Part shown: one piece after another, positions 9,284 through 18,288 of the stretch
Position numbering within the stretch: the stretch's first letter is position 1
Layout: every line of letters starts with the position of its first letter
Source: an uncultured Candidatus Rokubacteria bacterium
GTDB taxonomy: Bacteria > Methylomirabilota > Methylomirabilia > Rokubacteriales > CSP1-6
Assembly: GCA_963771355.1 (NCBI GenBank)
Contig: CAVYTA010000006.1
Coordinates: 2,144,001 to 2,208,000, forward strand
Direction: 5' to 3'
Length of the DNA stretch: 64,000 nucleotides
Notes under the pieces: generated by a model
Database searches by the model: none
What the model saw: the letters and a program-made list of their open reading frames with translations, nothing else
What the model was told of the DNA's origin: nothing
Translations under genes and position numbers: made by a program

Positions 9284-11527
9284 CTAGCTGACGGTCACCC
9301 GGAGGACTTCCTCGACGGTGGTGACCCCCTCGAGGACCTTCTGTAGTGCGTTCTGGCGGAGGGTCTTCATGCCCTGGCTGAGCGCCATCTCCCGGATGTC
9401 GGCGGTGGGCGCATTGTGCAGCATCAAGTCCCGCAGCTCTTCCGTGATCGGCATGACTTCGTAGATGGCCACGCGACCTTTCATGCCCGTGAAGCTGCAG
9501 GCCGGGCACCCCTTGCCCTTGTAGAGCTGGACTTTGCCCAGGCCCTGGAGGACATGGCCGTAGGGGACCAGAGTCTCCTCGTCGGCGTCGTAGGGCTGCT
9601 TGCAGTCCTTGCAGATCTTCCGGCCCAGCCGCTGGGCCAGGATGAGGGTCAGCGCGGAGGAGACCAGGAAGGGCGGGATGCCCATGTCGAGCAGCCGCGC
9701 CACCGTGGACGGGCAGTCGTTGGTATGGAGCGTGGTGAGCACGAGGTGGCCGGTGAGGGCGGCGCGGATGCCGATCTGCGCCGTCTCGAGGTCGCGCGTC
9801 TCGCCGACCAGGATGATGTCGGGGTCCTGGCGGAGGAATGAGCGCAAGGCGGCGGCGAACGTCCGCCCGATCCCCTCGTTGACCTGCACCTGATTGACGC
9901 CCTTGAGGTTGTACTCGACCGGATCCTCGGCGGTCATGATGTTCACGTCGGGGGAGTTGATGGTGTGGATGGCCGAGTAGAGCGTGGTGGTCTTGCCCGA
10001 TCCGGTCGGCCCCGTGATGAGGATCATGCCGTAGGGCTGATGGATGGCCCGCGTGAACTGCTCCAGGCTCCAGGGATCGAAGCCGAGCAACGCGAGGTCG
10101 AGCTGGAGCGCGTCCTTGTCCAGGATGCGCATGACGGTCTTCTCGCCGAAGATGGTCGGCAGGGTCGACACGCGGAAGTCGATCTCGCGCTGGTTGTAGC
10201 GCAGCTTGATGCGGCCGTCCTGAGGCAGCCGCCGCTCGGCGATGTCGAGATTCGACATGATCTTCACGCGGGACGTGAGCGCCGCCTCCAGCCGCTTGGG
10301 CGGGGTCATGATCTCGTGCAGCACGCCGTCGACGCGGAAGCGCACCCGGAAGACCTTCTCGTAGGGCTCGAGGTGGATGTCGGAGGCGCCGCGGCGGATG
10401 GCGTCCACCAGGATCATGTTGATGAGCCGGACCACCGGGGCCTCGTCCGCCGACTCCTTCAGCTCGAAGATGTCGGCCTTGGCCCACTGTTCCTCCTCGC
10501 CTTCGACGACCTCGACGTCGCCCCCGGCCGCGGCCATCTCCGAGAGCACCTCGGCGAGGCCGCCGGTCTGGGCCTCGTACAGCCGCTCGATGGCCTGGCG
10601 AATGGCCCCCTGGGAGGCCACCACCGGCACCACGGTGAGGCCGGTCATGAACGCGACATCGTCAAGCGCGAAGACATTGGTGGGATCGGCCATGGCCAGG
10701 ATGAGCGAGTTCTCCGTCCGCTTGATCGGCAGCACCTCGTACTTGCGCGCGATCTGGGAGGAGATGAGCTCCACGACCTCGGGATCCACATCGAGCTGGG
10801 ACAGCGTGATGGCCTGGAGCCCGTACTGCCTGGAGAGGAAGTCGGTGAGCTGCTCCTCCCGGAGAAGGTCGAGCCGGACGAGGACGGTTCCGATCTTCTC
10901 GTTCGTGCCGCGCTGGCTCGCGAGGGCCTGGGTGAGCTGCTCCTGGGTGATGAGGCCGGCGGCCACGAGCAGATCGCCCAGCTTGCCCATCCGGTGCACC
11001 ACGCGCTCGTCGCCCTTCCCTGCCCCGGGAGCGGGCGCGGGAGCCGGAGGCTCACCGTGCCCCGTGGGCGGGGTGTCGGGCGCCGGCCGGCCGGCCGTGG
11101 TGGGGGGCTCGGGGGCCGGCGGGGGCACCACCGGCGGGGTCGCCACCTCTGCCGCAGACGCGGATACGGGCACGGCGGGCGGGGCCGCGTCGGCGGGAAT
11201 GCGCCGACCGCCGCGGCGCGGCGCGGGGCGCTCGGGCTCGGCGCGCGCGGGCGGGGGGGTGGCCGCGGTCGAGGACGGCGCCTCCGGCGTCCCCTCGGCG
11301 CGCGGCGGCTCGACGGGTCCACCGTGAGCGGCCTCGATGCGTCGGACCACGTCGGCGTGCTTGTCGGCATCGCCGAGCTTGACGTAGATCTCCCGCAGGG
11401 CCTCGAGCGCGCCGACCTCGAGGGGATTGGCCTCGACGATCATCTCGAAGACCTGGGCGGTCTCCGTGAGCTCGCGCCGCTCCTGCGCGGAGAGAGCGCC
11501 CGACCCGGTCTGGTGGAGGACAGCCAT
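9284..11527 (-). CDS. pilB: Type IV pilus extension ATPase PilB with long N-terminal extension
   Basis: ASDIHLEP, DIAERRLPQDG, Walker A GPTGSGKTT, LRQDPDIILVGE, His box TGHLVLTTLHTND, tetracysteine CKDC/CPAC, MshEN-like N domain. Confidence 0.92.
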   Translation of the reverse strand: MAVLHQTGSGALSAQERRELTETAQVFEMIVEANPLEVGALEALREIYVKLGDADKHADVVRRIEAAHGGPVEPPRAEGTPEAPSSTAATPPPARAEPERPAPRRGGRRIPADAAPPAVPVSASAAEVATPPVVPPPAPEPPTTAGRPAPDTPPTGHGEPPAPAPAPGAGKGDERVVHRMGKLGDLLVAAGLITQEQLTQALASQRGTNEKIGTVLVRLDLLREEQLTDFLSRQYGLQAITLSQLDVDPEVVELISSQIARKYEVLPIKRTENSLILAMADPTNVFALDDVAFMTGLTVVPVVASQGAIRQAIERLYEAQTGGLAEVLSEMAAAGGDVEVVEGEEEQWAKADIFELKESADEAPVVRLINMILVDAIRRGASDIHLEPYEKVFRVRFRVDGVLHEIMTPPKRLEAALTSRVKIMSNLDIAERRLPQDGRIKLRYNQREIDFRVSTLPTIFGEKTVMRILDKDALQLDLALLGFDPWSLEQFTRAIHQPYGMILITGPTGSGKTTTLYSAIHTINSPDVNIMTAEDPVEYNLKGVNQVQVNEGIGRTFAAALRSFLRQDPDIILVGETRDLETAQIGIRAALTGHLVLTTLHTNDCPSTVARLLDMGIPPFLVSSALTLILAQRLGRKICKDCKQPYDADEETLVPYGHVLQGLGKVQLYKGKGCPACSFTGMKGRVAIYEVMPITEELRDLMLHNAPTADIREMALSQGMKTLRQNALQKVLEGVTTVEEVLRVTVS

Positions 11528-11545
11528 GGCCCCGCTCGATCGCGC

Positions 11546-12028
11546 CTAGCGCTTCTTGGGTCCGATGTCGGTCCGGGCCTCGTCCGCGGTCAGCGGGGCC
11601 GCCAGCGCCCCCACCCGGCGCGGCTGGGTACGGGCCTCGGCGAGGACGGTCCCGATGGCGCGGCACGCCTCCTTCGCGAAGAGCCGCACCATGCCCACCG
11701 TGGTCCGATCGTCGAAGATCGCGAGCAGGATCGTCTCCTTGTCCACCGTGGAGACGTGGATACTCTCCCGCACGCCCTGGTGGAAGAGCACGGAGAATTC
11801 CGTCTCCCCCAGGAGCTCCGCGATGGCCGCGGTGGAGGAAAAGGCTCCCGCGGCCAGAGCACCGATGGACACCGTGTCGAAGGTCGGGCTCTTGCCGGTG
11901 GAGGCCAGGAGCTGTCCGCTCCGATCGATGAGCAGGGCCTCCGAGGCACTCGATTCCTCGAGGAAGCTCGAGAGCACCTGCCCGATGCGCGTCGCCTCGT
12001 TCTCGTGGATGACCAGGTCATGAAGCAT
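11546..12028 (-). CDS. mglB: MglB-type GTPase-activating roadblock protein
   Basis: LLIDRSGQLL, GALAAGAFSSTAAIAELLGETEF, IFDDRTTVGMVRL resemble Myxococcus MglB; overlaps the mglA end. Confidence 0.85.
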   Translation of the reverse strand: MLHDLVIHENEATRIGQVLSSFLEESSASEALLIDRSGQLLASTGKSPTFDTVSIGALAAGAFSSTAAIAELLGETEFSVLFHQGVRESIHVSTVDKETILLAIFDDRTTVGMVRLFAKEACRAIGTVLAEARTQPRRVGALAAPLTADEARTDIGPKKR

Positions 12029-12635
12029 TGCGCTGGACCTCCTGTTCCTGTCCGAACTCACTGAGGAGCACCATGCGGGATACCGTGTTGAGCGCGTCGA
12101 ACACGCCGGTCCCCTGGCTGGCCACCGTCTCGAAGGACGGCACGCGCCGGGCGCGGCGATTGAGGAGATACTCCATGTACGCGACGGGCGCGGCGTTGGG
12201 GAGGTCGCGCTTGTTGTACTGGATGACGCACGGGGTGCGGTCCAGCTCGTAGCTGTACTCGCGGAGGTTCTCCTCGAGGTTGCGAAAGCTCTCCACGTTC
12301 TCCTTCATGCGCTCGAACTGCGAGTCGGCCACGAACACGACGCCGTCGATGCCCCGCAGCACCAGCTTCCGCGTCATGTTGTAGTAGACCTGCCCCGGCA
12401 CGGTGTAGAGCTGGAACTTGGTCACGAACCCGCGCACGCTGAGCGAGGATACCGGCAGGAAGTCGAAGAAGATGGTCCGGTCGTCGCCGGTGGCGAGCGA
12501 GATCATCTTCCCCTTGTTGCCGTCGGGCAGCGAGCGGTGCACGTGCTGCAGGCTGGCCGTCTTGCCCGCCACCCCGGGGCCGTAGTAGACGACCTTGAAG
12601 TTGATCTCTTTCGCCGCGTAGTTGATGATCGACAT
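12018..12635 (-). CDS. mglA: MglA-family small GTPase
   Basis: MSIINYAAKEINFKVVYYGPGVAGKT, DRTIFFDFLP, YTVPGQ, NKRD. Confidence 0.93.
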   Translation of the reverse strand: MSIINYAAKEINFKVVYYGPGVAGKTASLQHVHRSLPDGNKGKMISLATGDDRTIFFDFLPVSSLSVRGFVTKFQLYTVPGQVYYNMTRKLVLRGIDGVVFVADSQFERMKENVESFRNLEENLREYSYELDRTPCVIQYNKRDLPNAAPVAYMEYLLNRRARRVPSFETVASQGTGVFDALNTVSRMVLLSEFGQEQEVQRNAS

Positions 12636-12646
12636 GGCTCCCGTTC

Positions 12647-14935
12647 TCAGACGGCGCGGAGCAGCCCCGCGGCCCGCTCGAGTTGCCGGTGCGCGAGGCC
12701 GGGCCGGTCCACCGACTGCCCGGCGGCCACGAGCACGCTGAATCGCCCGGGAACGCCCTTCACTGGCCGTACCACCAGCCGGCGCTCGTTCAGGCGGAAC
12801 ACCACGGACTGCAGCGCCCCCAGCGCGGGCTCGTCGCCCTCGAGGGTGAGCGCGCGGCAGACATCCACCGCGAAGCCGGCCACCGCCCGGCTGTCCTCGC
12901 CCGGCGCGAGGAACACGCACACCTCGGCACTCCCGGTGGAATCACGGAGCACGGTCGGGGCCACCCGCCCGAAGGCGTTCAGGTCTCCGGCCAGGAAGCC
13001 GAGGGACAGGGCCCCCGAGTCCCGTGTCTCGTAGTGCGAGCCGTTCCCCATCCGGTCGGACGCCTCCCGGCGCGCGGGGGACGCGGGATAGGCGAGGCGA
13101 TGCTCACGAGCGGCCTTGAGGCACACCAGCTCCAGCATGGCCAGCGAGCCCACACGGGCCACCGAGGCCACCATGACCGGTCCGCCCGAATCGACGGTGC
13201 CCAGCGGGGTGAGGATGATGGCCCCCTCCTCGCGACGGACCGTCAGCTGGTCCACCGGCCACGGAGCCTGCCCGCTCATGAGGAACGGCAGCGTGGAGGC
13301 CGCCGTCCGCAGCACGGAGGTGGTGGGCAAGGCGGAGGAGTTGAAGGTGAAGAGCGTCACGCCCTCGATGCTGGTGGAGCCCACCTCGAGCGCGCCGAAG
13401 GGCGTGAGCACGGCGGCGAGGCGACGCGACTGCCGTAGCCGATCCTCGGTGAGGGGGAGGGTGGGACGCGGTGTCTCGACGGGCGGCGGCGGCACGCGGG
13501 GCGCGGCGGCCAGGACGGGCTCGAGGCGAGACGGCGCCGCCACCGCCGGTTCCTCGAGCACGGGCGGCTCGATCGGAGCGGGCACCGCCGTCAGCTCCAC
13601 CTCCACGAAGAGAGGCTCCAGGGGAGGCGGTGGCACGTGGGGCACCTCGACGGGCGCCGGCTCGACGCGCGCGGACTCGAGGGCGTCGAGCTGCTCTTCG
13701 AACGCCAGCTGGGGAGCGAGGCCGTACTCGATCTCGCTCTCCACGAAGAGGAAGGGGGGGACGAAGTCGGTGGCGTCGGCCCGCGGCGGCTCGGCCTCGA
13801 GCTCGGCGTGGGGCGCCGCGGGCTCGGCAATCTCGACCGGAAGGATCGGCGATTCGGACTCGACCACGGGGTCCGGCATGACCGCGGCTTCCGTGCTGAG
13901 AGGCGCGGAGGCGGCGGCCGGAGCGGGCGGGGCCGGGGGAAGCTCCACCGGGAGCGGCTCCAGCGCCTCCACGGTCTCGGCTTCGAAGGGCTGGAAGGGC
14001 AGCGGGAAGCGCTCGATGCCCTGCACGTCCACCGCCGGCGTCGAGGCCGCGAACATCTCGGGGGGCAGCCGCCGCACGATCTCGTCGAGCGGGAGGACGA
14101 TGCGGCCCTCGGGAAGCCGGTCGCGCACGGTGGCCTCGTTCACCGCCAGGGCATGACGTGGAAACTGGTCCGCCACCTCGTCCCAGCTCACCGAGACGGC
14201 GCCATCCGCGAGCTGGGGCACCACCAGGCGGGTGGGCACCAGCAGATGTCCAGGCTCGAGCAGGTTCGCACCGAGCCGGTCAGGCGGAATGGTGAAGGTG
14301 CCGGCGGGGAGCTGGTCGGCGATGCGGGAGAACGGGATGGAGAGGACCTCCTCCACCCGCTCGGCGCCGCGCGGCGCGCCGCCGGAGATGGGCGACGGGG
14401 AGGACGACTCGGCCGACGCCACCGCAGGAACGCTCGGTTCCGGCGGCGGGGGCGGGACCATCTCCGGCATCTCCACGGGGAAACGGTCGAGGCGGGGATT
14501 GGCGTCGGCCGCCGCCGCCAGGGAAACGGATAGGGAGCCCCGCCGCCGAGCGCGCGGCGGCGCGTACATGGCGCGGAACGGGAGCACGAGCAGGGACACG
14601 CAGAAGAGCTGGAGGAGCGGCGCGGGCAGGTATTCCCAGGCCGCCACCGCGAAGGCGGCGGGAAAGGGCAGCGCCATCACCGCCGCGTACACCATGCCGG
14701 TGGCGGAGGCCAGCGCGGCATGGGCCACGAAGAGCAGCGCCACGATCCCGATGGCCTGGAGCGTGCTTGCCCGGGGGCAGCAGATCACGACCAGCAGCGT
14801 GTATACCACCGCCGGCGCCACGAGGGCCCCCCACCACGGCAGCGAGACGTCGGCGGTGGGCAGGAACGCGGACACCACCACCACCGCCACCGTGTACAGC
14901 ACCAGGTCCGCCACCGTCAGGATGAAGTTCTTCAT
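12647..14935 (-). CDS. Uncharacterised membrane protein: N-terminal TM helices, short internal repeats, Pro/Glu-rich linker, two putative degenerate roadblock domains
   Basis: 762-aa ORF in operon context; hydrophobic first ~120 aa; domain calls made by eye. Confidence 0.7.
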   Translation of the reverse strand: MKNFILTVADLVLYTVAVVVVSAFLPTADVSLPWWGALVAPAVVYTLLVVICCPRASTLQAIGIVALLFVAHAALASATGMVYAAVMALPFPAAFAVAAWEYLPAPLLQLFCVSLLVLPFRAMYAPPRARRRGSLSVSLAAAADANPRLDRFPVEMPEMVPPPPPEPSVPAVASAESSSPSPISGGAPRGAERVEEVLSIPFSRIADQLPAGTFTIPPDRLGANLLEPGHLLVPTRLVVPQLADGAVSVSWDEVADQFPRHALAVNEATVRDRLPEGRIVLPLDEIVRRLPPEMFAASTPAVDVQGIERFPLPFQPFEAETVEALEPLPVELPPAPPAPAAASAPLSTEAAVMPDPVVESESPILPVEIAEPAAPHAELEAEPPRADATDFVPPFLFVESEIEYGLAPQLAFEEQLDALESARVEPAPVEVPHVPPPPLEPLFVEVELTAVPAPIEPPVLEEPAVAAPSRLEPVLAAAPRVPPPPVETPRPTLPLTEDRLRQSRRLAAVLTPFGALEVGSTSIEGVTLFTFNSSALPTTSVLRTAASTLPFLMSGQAPWPVDQLTVRREEGAIILTPLGTVDSGGPVMVASVARVGSLAMLELVCLKAAREHRLAYPASPARREASDRMGNGSHYETRDSGALSLGFLAGDLNAFGRVAPTVLRDSTGSAEVCVFLAPGEDSRAVAGFAVDVCRALTLEGDEPALGALQSVVFRLNERRLVVRPVKGVPGRFSVLVAAGQSVDRPGLAHRQLERAAGLLRAV

Positions 14936-14950
14936 TTTGTGTGCGCCCCC

Positions 14951-15907
14951 TCAGATCACGCGGGCCAGGTCGGGAAGCAGCTTCTTGACGTAGTAGCGGA
15001 CCTTCCCCAGCGCCGCCGCGTCCTTGCACATCACGGCGAGCACCGCTGCCGGTCCCACGCGGTGCAGCAACACCGTGCCCTTCTCGTACTCGATGAGCAT
15101 GCCGCCGAGCGCGCCGCGGCCCAGCTCCCGGCCGATCCCATCCGAAGACTCCGCGAGACAGGCGGCCATGGCGGCGGCGACCTCCGCCTCCACGCCGATG
15201 TCCCCCGCGGACTCGATGAGGAAGCCTTCACGATCGCTGAGCGACGCCCAGTCGGCGCCCGAGACGGCCATGAACTGGGCCAGCATCGAGCCCAGGTCGA
15301 GGCCGGCCCACGATGCTGGCGTGGGAACCACAGCGGGCCGGCCGCCGGACCAGGCGGCCACCGCGGCCGCGACCTGCGGCTCAGGAGCACGCCGGATGGC
15401 GGGGATGGGCGGTGTCCAGGCCGGCGCGGCGGGGGGGGCGGAGGGAAGGACCGCCGCGGGCGTGACCCGGGCGGGCGCCACCGGCGCGCCGTTGGTGCGC
15501 GGCTCCTCGGCCCACGCCGCGGGGGCCCGTCGTGGCGCCGCGCCCGGGTTGAGCAGCTCCGACACCTTGCGCACCAGCTCCGCCGCCTCGAAGGGCTTGC
15601 GCAGCACGTCGTCCGATCGCGCCTCGGCCGCCTGCTCGAGGACGCTGGCATTGACGATCCCGGAGATCAGGAGCACGGGGGTCCGTCCGAGCCGCGGGTG
15701 GCTCTTCACGAAGCGGCAGATCTCGTAGCCGTCACGGTCCGGCATGACGACGTCGCACACCACCAGATCGGGCTGCTCGCGCTCGATCTGCGCGATGGCC
15801 TCGGTGCCCGAGGCCGCCGACACCACGTCGAGCTGCTTGGCGACCAGCGCGCGCTCCACCACCTTGCGCACGCTCAGGCTATCGTCGACGACTAGTACCT
15901 TTGCCAT
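14951..15907 (-). CDS. Response regulator: receiver domain, Pro/Ala linker, roadblock domain
   Basis: VLVVDDS, VVCDVVMP, RKPF; C-terminal ASLSDREGFLIES...GMLIEYEKGTVLL. Confidence 0.85.
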   Translation of the reverse strand: MAKVLVVDDSLSVRKVVERALVAKQLDVVSAASGTEAIAQIEREQPDLVVCDVVMPDRDGYEICRFVKSHPRLGRTPVLLISGIVNASVLEQAAEARSDDVLRKPFEAAELVRKVSELLNPGAAPRRAPAAWAEEPRTNGAPVAPARVTPAAVLPSAPPAAPAWTPPIPAIRRAPEPQVAAAVAAWSGGRPAVVPTPASWAGLDLGSMLAQFMAVSGADWASLSDREGFLIESAGDIGVEAEVAAAMAACLAESSDGIGRELGRGALGGMLIEYEKGTVLLHRVGPAAVLAVMCKDAAALGKVRYYVKKLLPDLARVI

Positions 15908-15910
15908 GAC

Positions 15911-16717
15911 CTAGGCCTGCCCTTTCGCGGCGCGCTCGGGCGCCGTCTGTGTGGTCTCGAATGCCGCGCGGCCCTCGTCGATCCCCGCCGCGATGCGGAG
16001 CAGGAGCCGGTCGACGCTTCGATGGATGGTGCGCGGGAGCTTGACCGCTTGCTCGCGGGGCAGCGGGGTGAAGCAGAAATCCCCCCCGCCCTCCGCCTGT
16101 GAGGAGCACACGAGATCGGTGAACGCTGGCTCCCCGCTCTCGCCGCCGAACTCCGCGTGGACGAGCTGCCCACCCTCGAACTCCAGCGTGCCCGGCCCCG
16201 CCGTGAGCTCGAGAGCCAGCCGGCCCGTCTTGCCGCCCATGGCGATGGCCTGGGTCAGCGCGGGCAGGTCCATCACGTCCAGCGAGCCGCGCATCACCTG
16301 GAGGGCGGGCCCGGCGGGCGGGGCCGCCGGGGGCGGCGGCGGCGCGGAAGCCGACTCGCCGGCCAGCAGGGCGCGGACACTCTCGAGGAAGCCGACCACG
16401 CTCAGGTGGCCGGTGCAGAGCCGGTCCACCCCGGCCTCCGCCGCCTGCCCGGCGATGTGCCGCTCGAGCCCAGCCAGGAGGAGGAACGGGATGTCCCCCG
16501 TCTTGGGATCGCTCCGGACTATGCCGAACAGCTCGCAGCCGTCCATGTCGTCCACCCGGGCCTGGGTGACGATGATGTGCGGGCGATCCCACTCGAGCTG
16601 CGTCAGGGCGAACGAGCCGCTCGCCGCGACCGACACCTCGTAACCGGCTCCCTTCAGCGCGCGCTCGAACGCGCCGCGGCTGTCCGGCTCGGGATCAACC
16701 AGCAAGACCTTAGACAT
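15911..16717 (-). CDS. Pseudo-receiver plus DUF4388 (PatA-N) protein
   Basis: LLVDPEP...PHIIVTQARVDDMDG; MRGSLDVMDLPALTQAIAMGGKTGRL...FEGGQLVHA. Confidence 0.8.
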   Translation of the reverse strand: MSKVLLVDPEPDSRGAFERALKGAGYEVSVAASGSFALTQLEWDRPHIIVTQARVDDMDGCELFGIVRSDPKTGDIPFLLLAGLERHIAGQAAEAGVDRLCTGHLSVVGFLESVRALLAGESASAPPPPPAAPPAGPALQVMRGSLDVMDLPALTQAIAMGGKTGRLALELTAGPGTLEFEGGQLVHAEFGGESGEPAFTDLVCSSQAEGGGDFCFTPLPREQAVKLPRTIHRSVDRLLLRIAAGIDEGRAAFETTQTAPERAAKGQA

Positions 16718-17186
16718 GTCTCCTCTCCAGGTGGGACGCGAGGAGCGCGTCCACGTCGAACAGCGGGACGTCCTGGTTCTCGAGGCGCGCGAGACCGCGC
16801 AGCCAGCGCCGCTCCGGGGCGCTGTATGCCTCGGGCAGCGCGCTGATCGCGCTCGACGGAAGGGCGGTCAAGGTCACGACCACGTCGGTGAGGAGCGCCC
16901 CCGAGAGACTGACGCCCGCCACCAGCAGGAGTACGCGGCCGCGCGGGCCGCCCACGGGGCCGTCCCATGCCGGAAAGCCCAGGAGCGCGCGCAGGTCGAG
17001 CACGGGATACGGCACGCCCAGGAAGACAACCGGCGCGCCCGCGCCCCCCTCGTCGCGCAGCAGGTGCTTCACGCGCGCCGCCTCCACCGCGTACCGGCGG
17101 CCGTGCACGCTGAAGAGCACGCCCCGGCCGTGGAGCGTGGGCGCCGTGCGGCGCCGGGGGGCGAGATGGCTCGGGCTAAGAGGCAT
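16710..17186 (-). CDS. CheW-like adaptor (divergent)
   Basis: YAVEAARV, YPVLDLRALLG, LFDVDALL; lies directly downstream of cheB. Confidence 0.7.
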   Translation of the reverse strand: MPLSPSHLAPRRRTAPTLHGRGVLFSVHGRRYAVEAARVKHLLRDEGGAGAPVVFLGVPYPVLDLRALLGFPAWDGPVGGPRGRVLLLVAGVSLSGALLTDVVVTLTALPSSAISALPEAYSAPERRWLRGLARLENQDVPLFDVDALLASHLERRHV

Positions 17187-18288
17187 GGCCCACCTTCAGC
17201 TGGTGGCTCAGGAGGTCACCCACGCAGGCCAGCACGGTCTCGGGCAGGCCCGAGAGCGGCACCATGGCGTCCACGCAGCCCATGTCCGCCGCCGCCCGTG
17301 GCATCCCGTACACCACGGAGGAGGCCTCGTCCTGTGCGATCACGATGCCGCCGCTCTTGCGGATGGCGGCGGCTCCCAGCGCGGCGTCGCGGCCCATGCC
17401 GGTGAGCACCACCCCGATGGCGAGCGGTCCCGCGTGCTCCGCCACCGAGGTCATGGCGAGGTCGGCCGAGGGCGAGTCCTCCGAGGGGAGCTGGGCGGGC
17501 CGAAGCATCACCTCACCGCGCGGCCCCACCGTGAGATGCTGCGAGCCCGGGCACACGCTCACCACGCCGCGGGCGAGATGATCGCCGGCGGCCGCCTCCC
17601 GCACCGTGATGCTGGAGCGCTCGCCGAGCAGGCGCGCGAGGGCCTGGGTGTACGGCGCCGGCATGTGCTGCACCACCAGCACCGCCGCGGGCAACTCCCG
17701 CGGCATCTCGGGGATGAGCCCGAGGAGGGCGGCGGGCCCGCCGGTAGACGCGGCGATCACCACGCAGGGGGTCCAGCCGTCGGAGCCGGCCGACATCGCG
17801 AAGGCGGCGAGTCCCGGATGCGAAGCGCCCGCCGGCCTCTCGCCCGGGCGCACGGCGGTGATCCGGGCCGGGCGCACGCGGGCCGCGGCCAGGATCTTCC
17901 GGACGATCTCGCTGGCGAGCGCGGCCAGCCCCGGGTCCACGCCCCAGGATGGCTTGGCCACCACGTCCACCGCGCCCGCCTCCATCGCGCGAATGGCCGC
18001 CTCGCCGCCCTCGGGCGTGGTCGCGCTCATGACCACCACGGGAATCGGATGCACGGCCATCACCCGGCCAATGGTGTCGATGGCGTCGCTGGCGTCCATG
18101 CCGACGTCGATCACGATCACGTCCGGCAGGCGCCGCGTCAGTGCGCGCAGCACCTGGTCGGCGTCCGCGGCCATCCCCACCACCTCGAGCCGAGAATCCG
18201 CCGTCAGCGTGCGGCGCAGCGCGCCCCGCATGGCGCGGGAATCGCCCGCCACCAGCACCCGCACCGGCGCCGCCGCGGGCGCGGTCAC
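17176..18288 (-). CDS. cheB: Chemotaxis methylesterase CheB (receiver plus esterase)
   Basis: Catalytic triad motifs AASTGGP, VQHMP, LTGMGRD; QDEASSVVYGMP. Confidence 0.9.
   Translation of the reverse strand: MTAPAAAPVRVLVAGDSRAMRGALRRTLTADSRLEVVGMAADADQVLRALTRRLPDVIVIDVGMDASDAIDTIGRVMAVHPIPVVVMSATTPEGGEAAIRAMEAGAVDVVAKPSWGVDPGLAALASEIVRKILAAARVRPARITAVRPGERPAGASHPGLAAFAMSAGSDGWTPCVVIAASTGGPAALLGLIPEMPRELPAAVLVVQHMPAPYTQALARLLGERSSITVREAAAGDHLARGVVSVCPGSQHLTVGPRGEVMLRPAQLPSEDSPSADLAMTSVAEHAGPLAIGVVLTGMGRDAALGAAAIRKSGGIVIAQDEASSVVYGMPRAAADMGCVDAMVPLSGLPETVLACVGDLLSHQLKVGHAS

Noticed and set aside
12540..12590. MglA P-loop GKTAS instead of GKTTN, suggesting an inactive GTPase
   Set aside because: The Lys-Thr pair, catalytic Arg (DRT), Gln (PGQ) and NKRD are all retained
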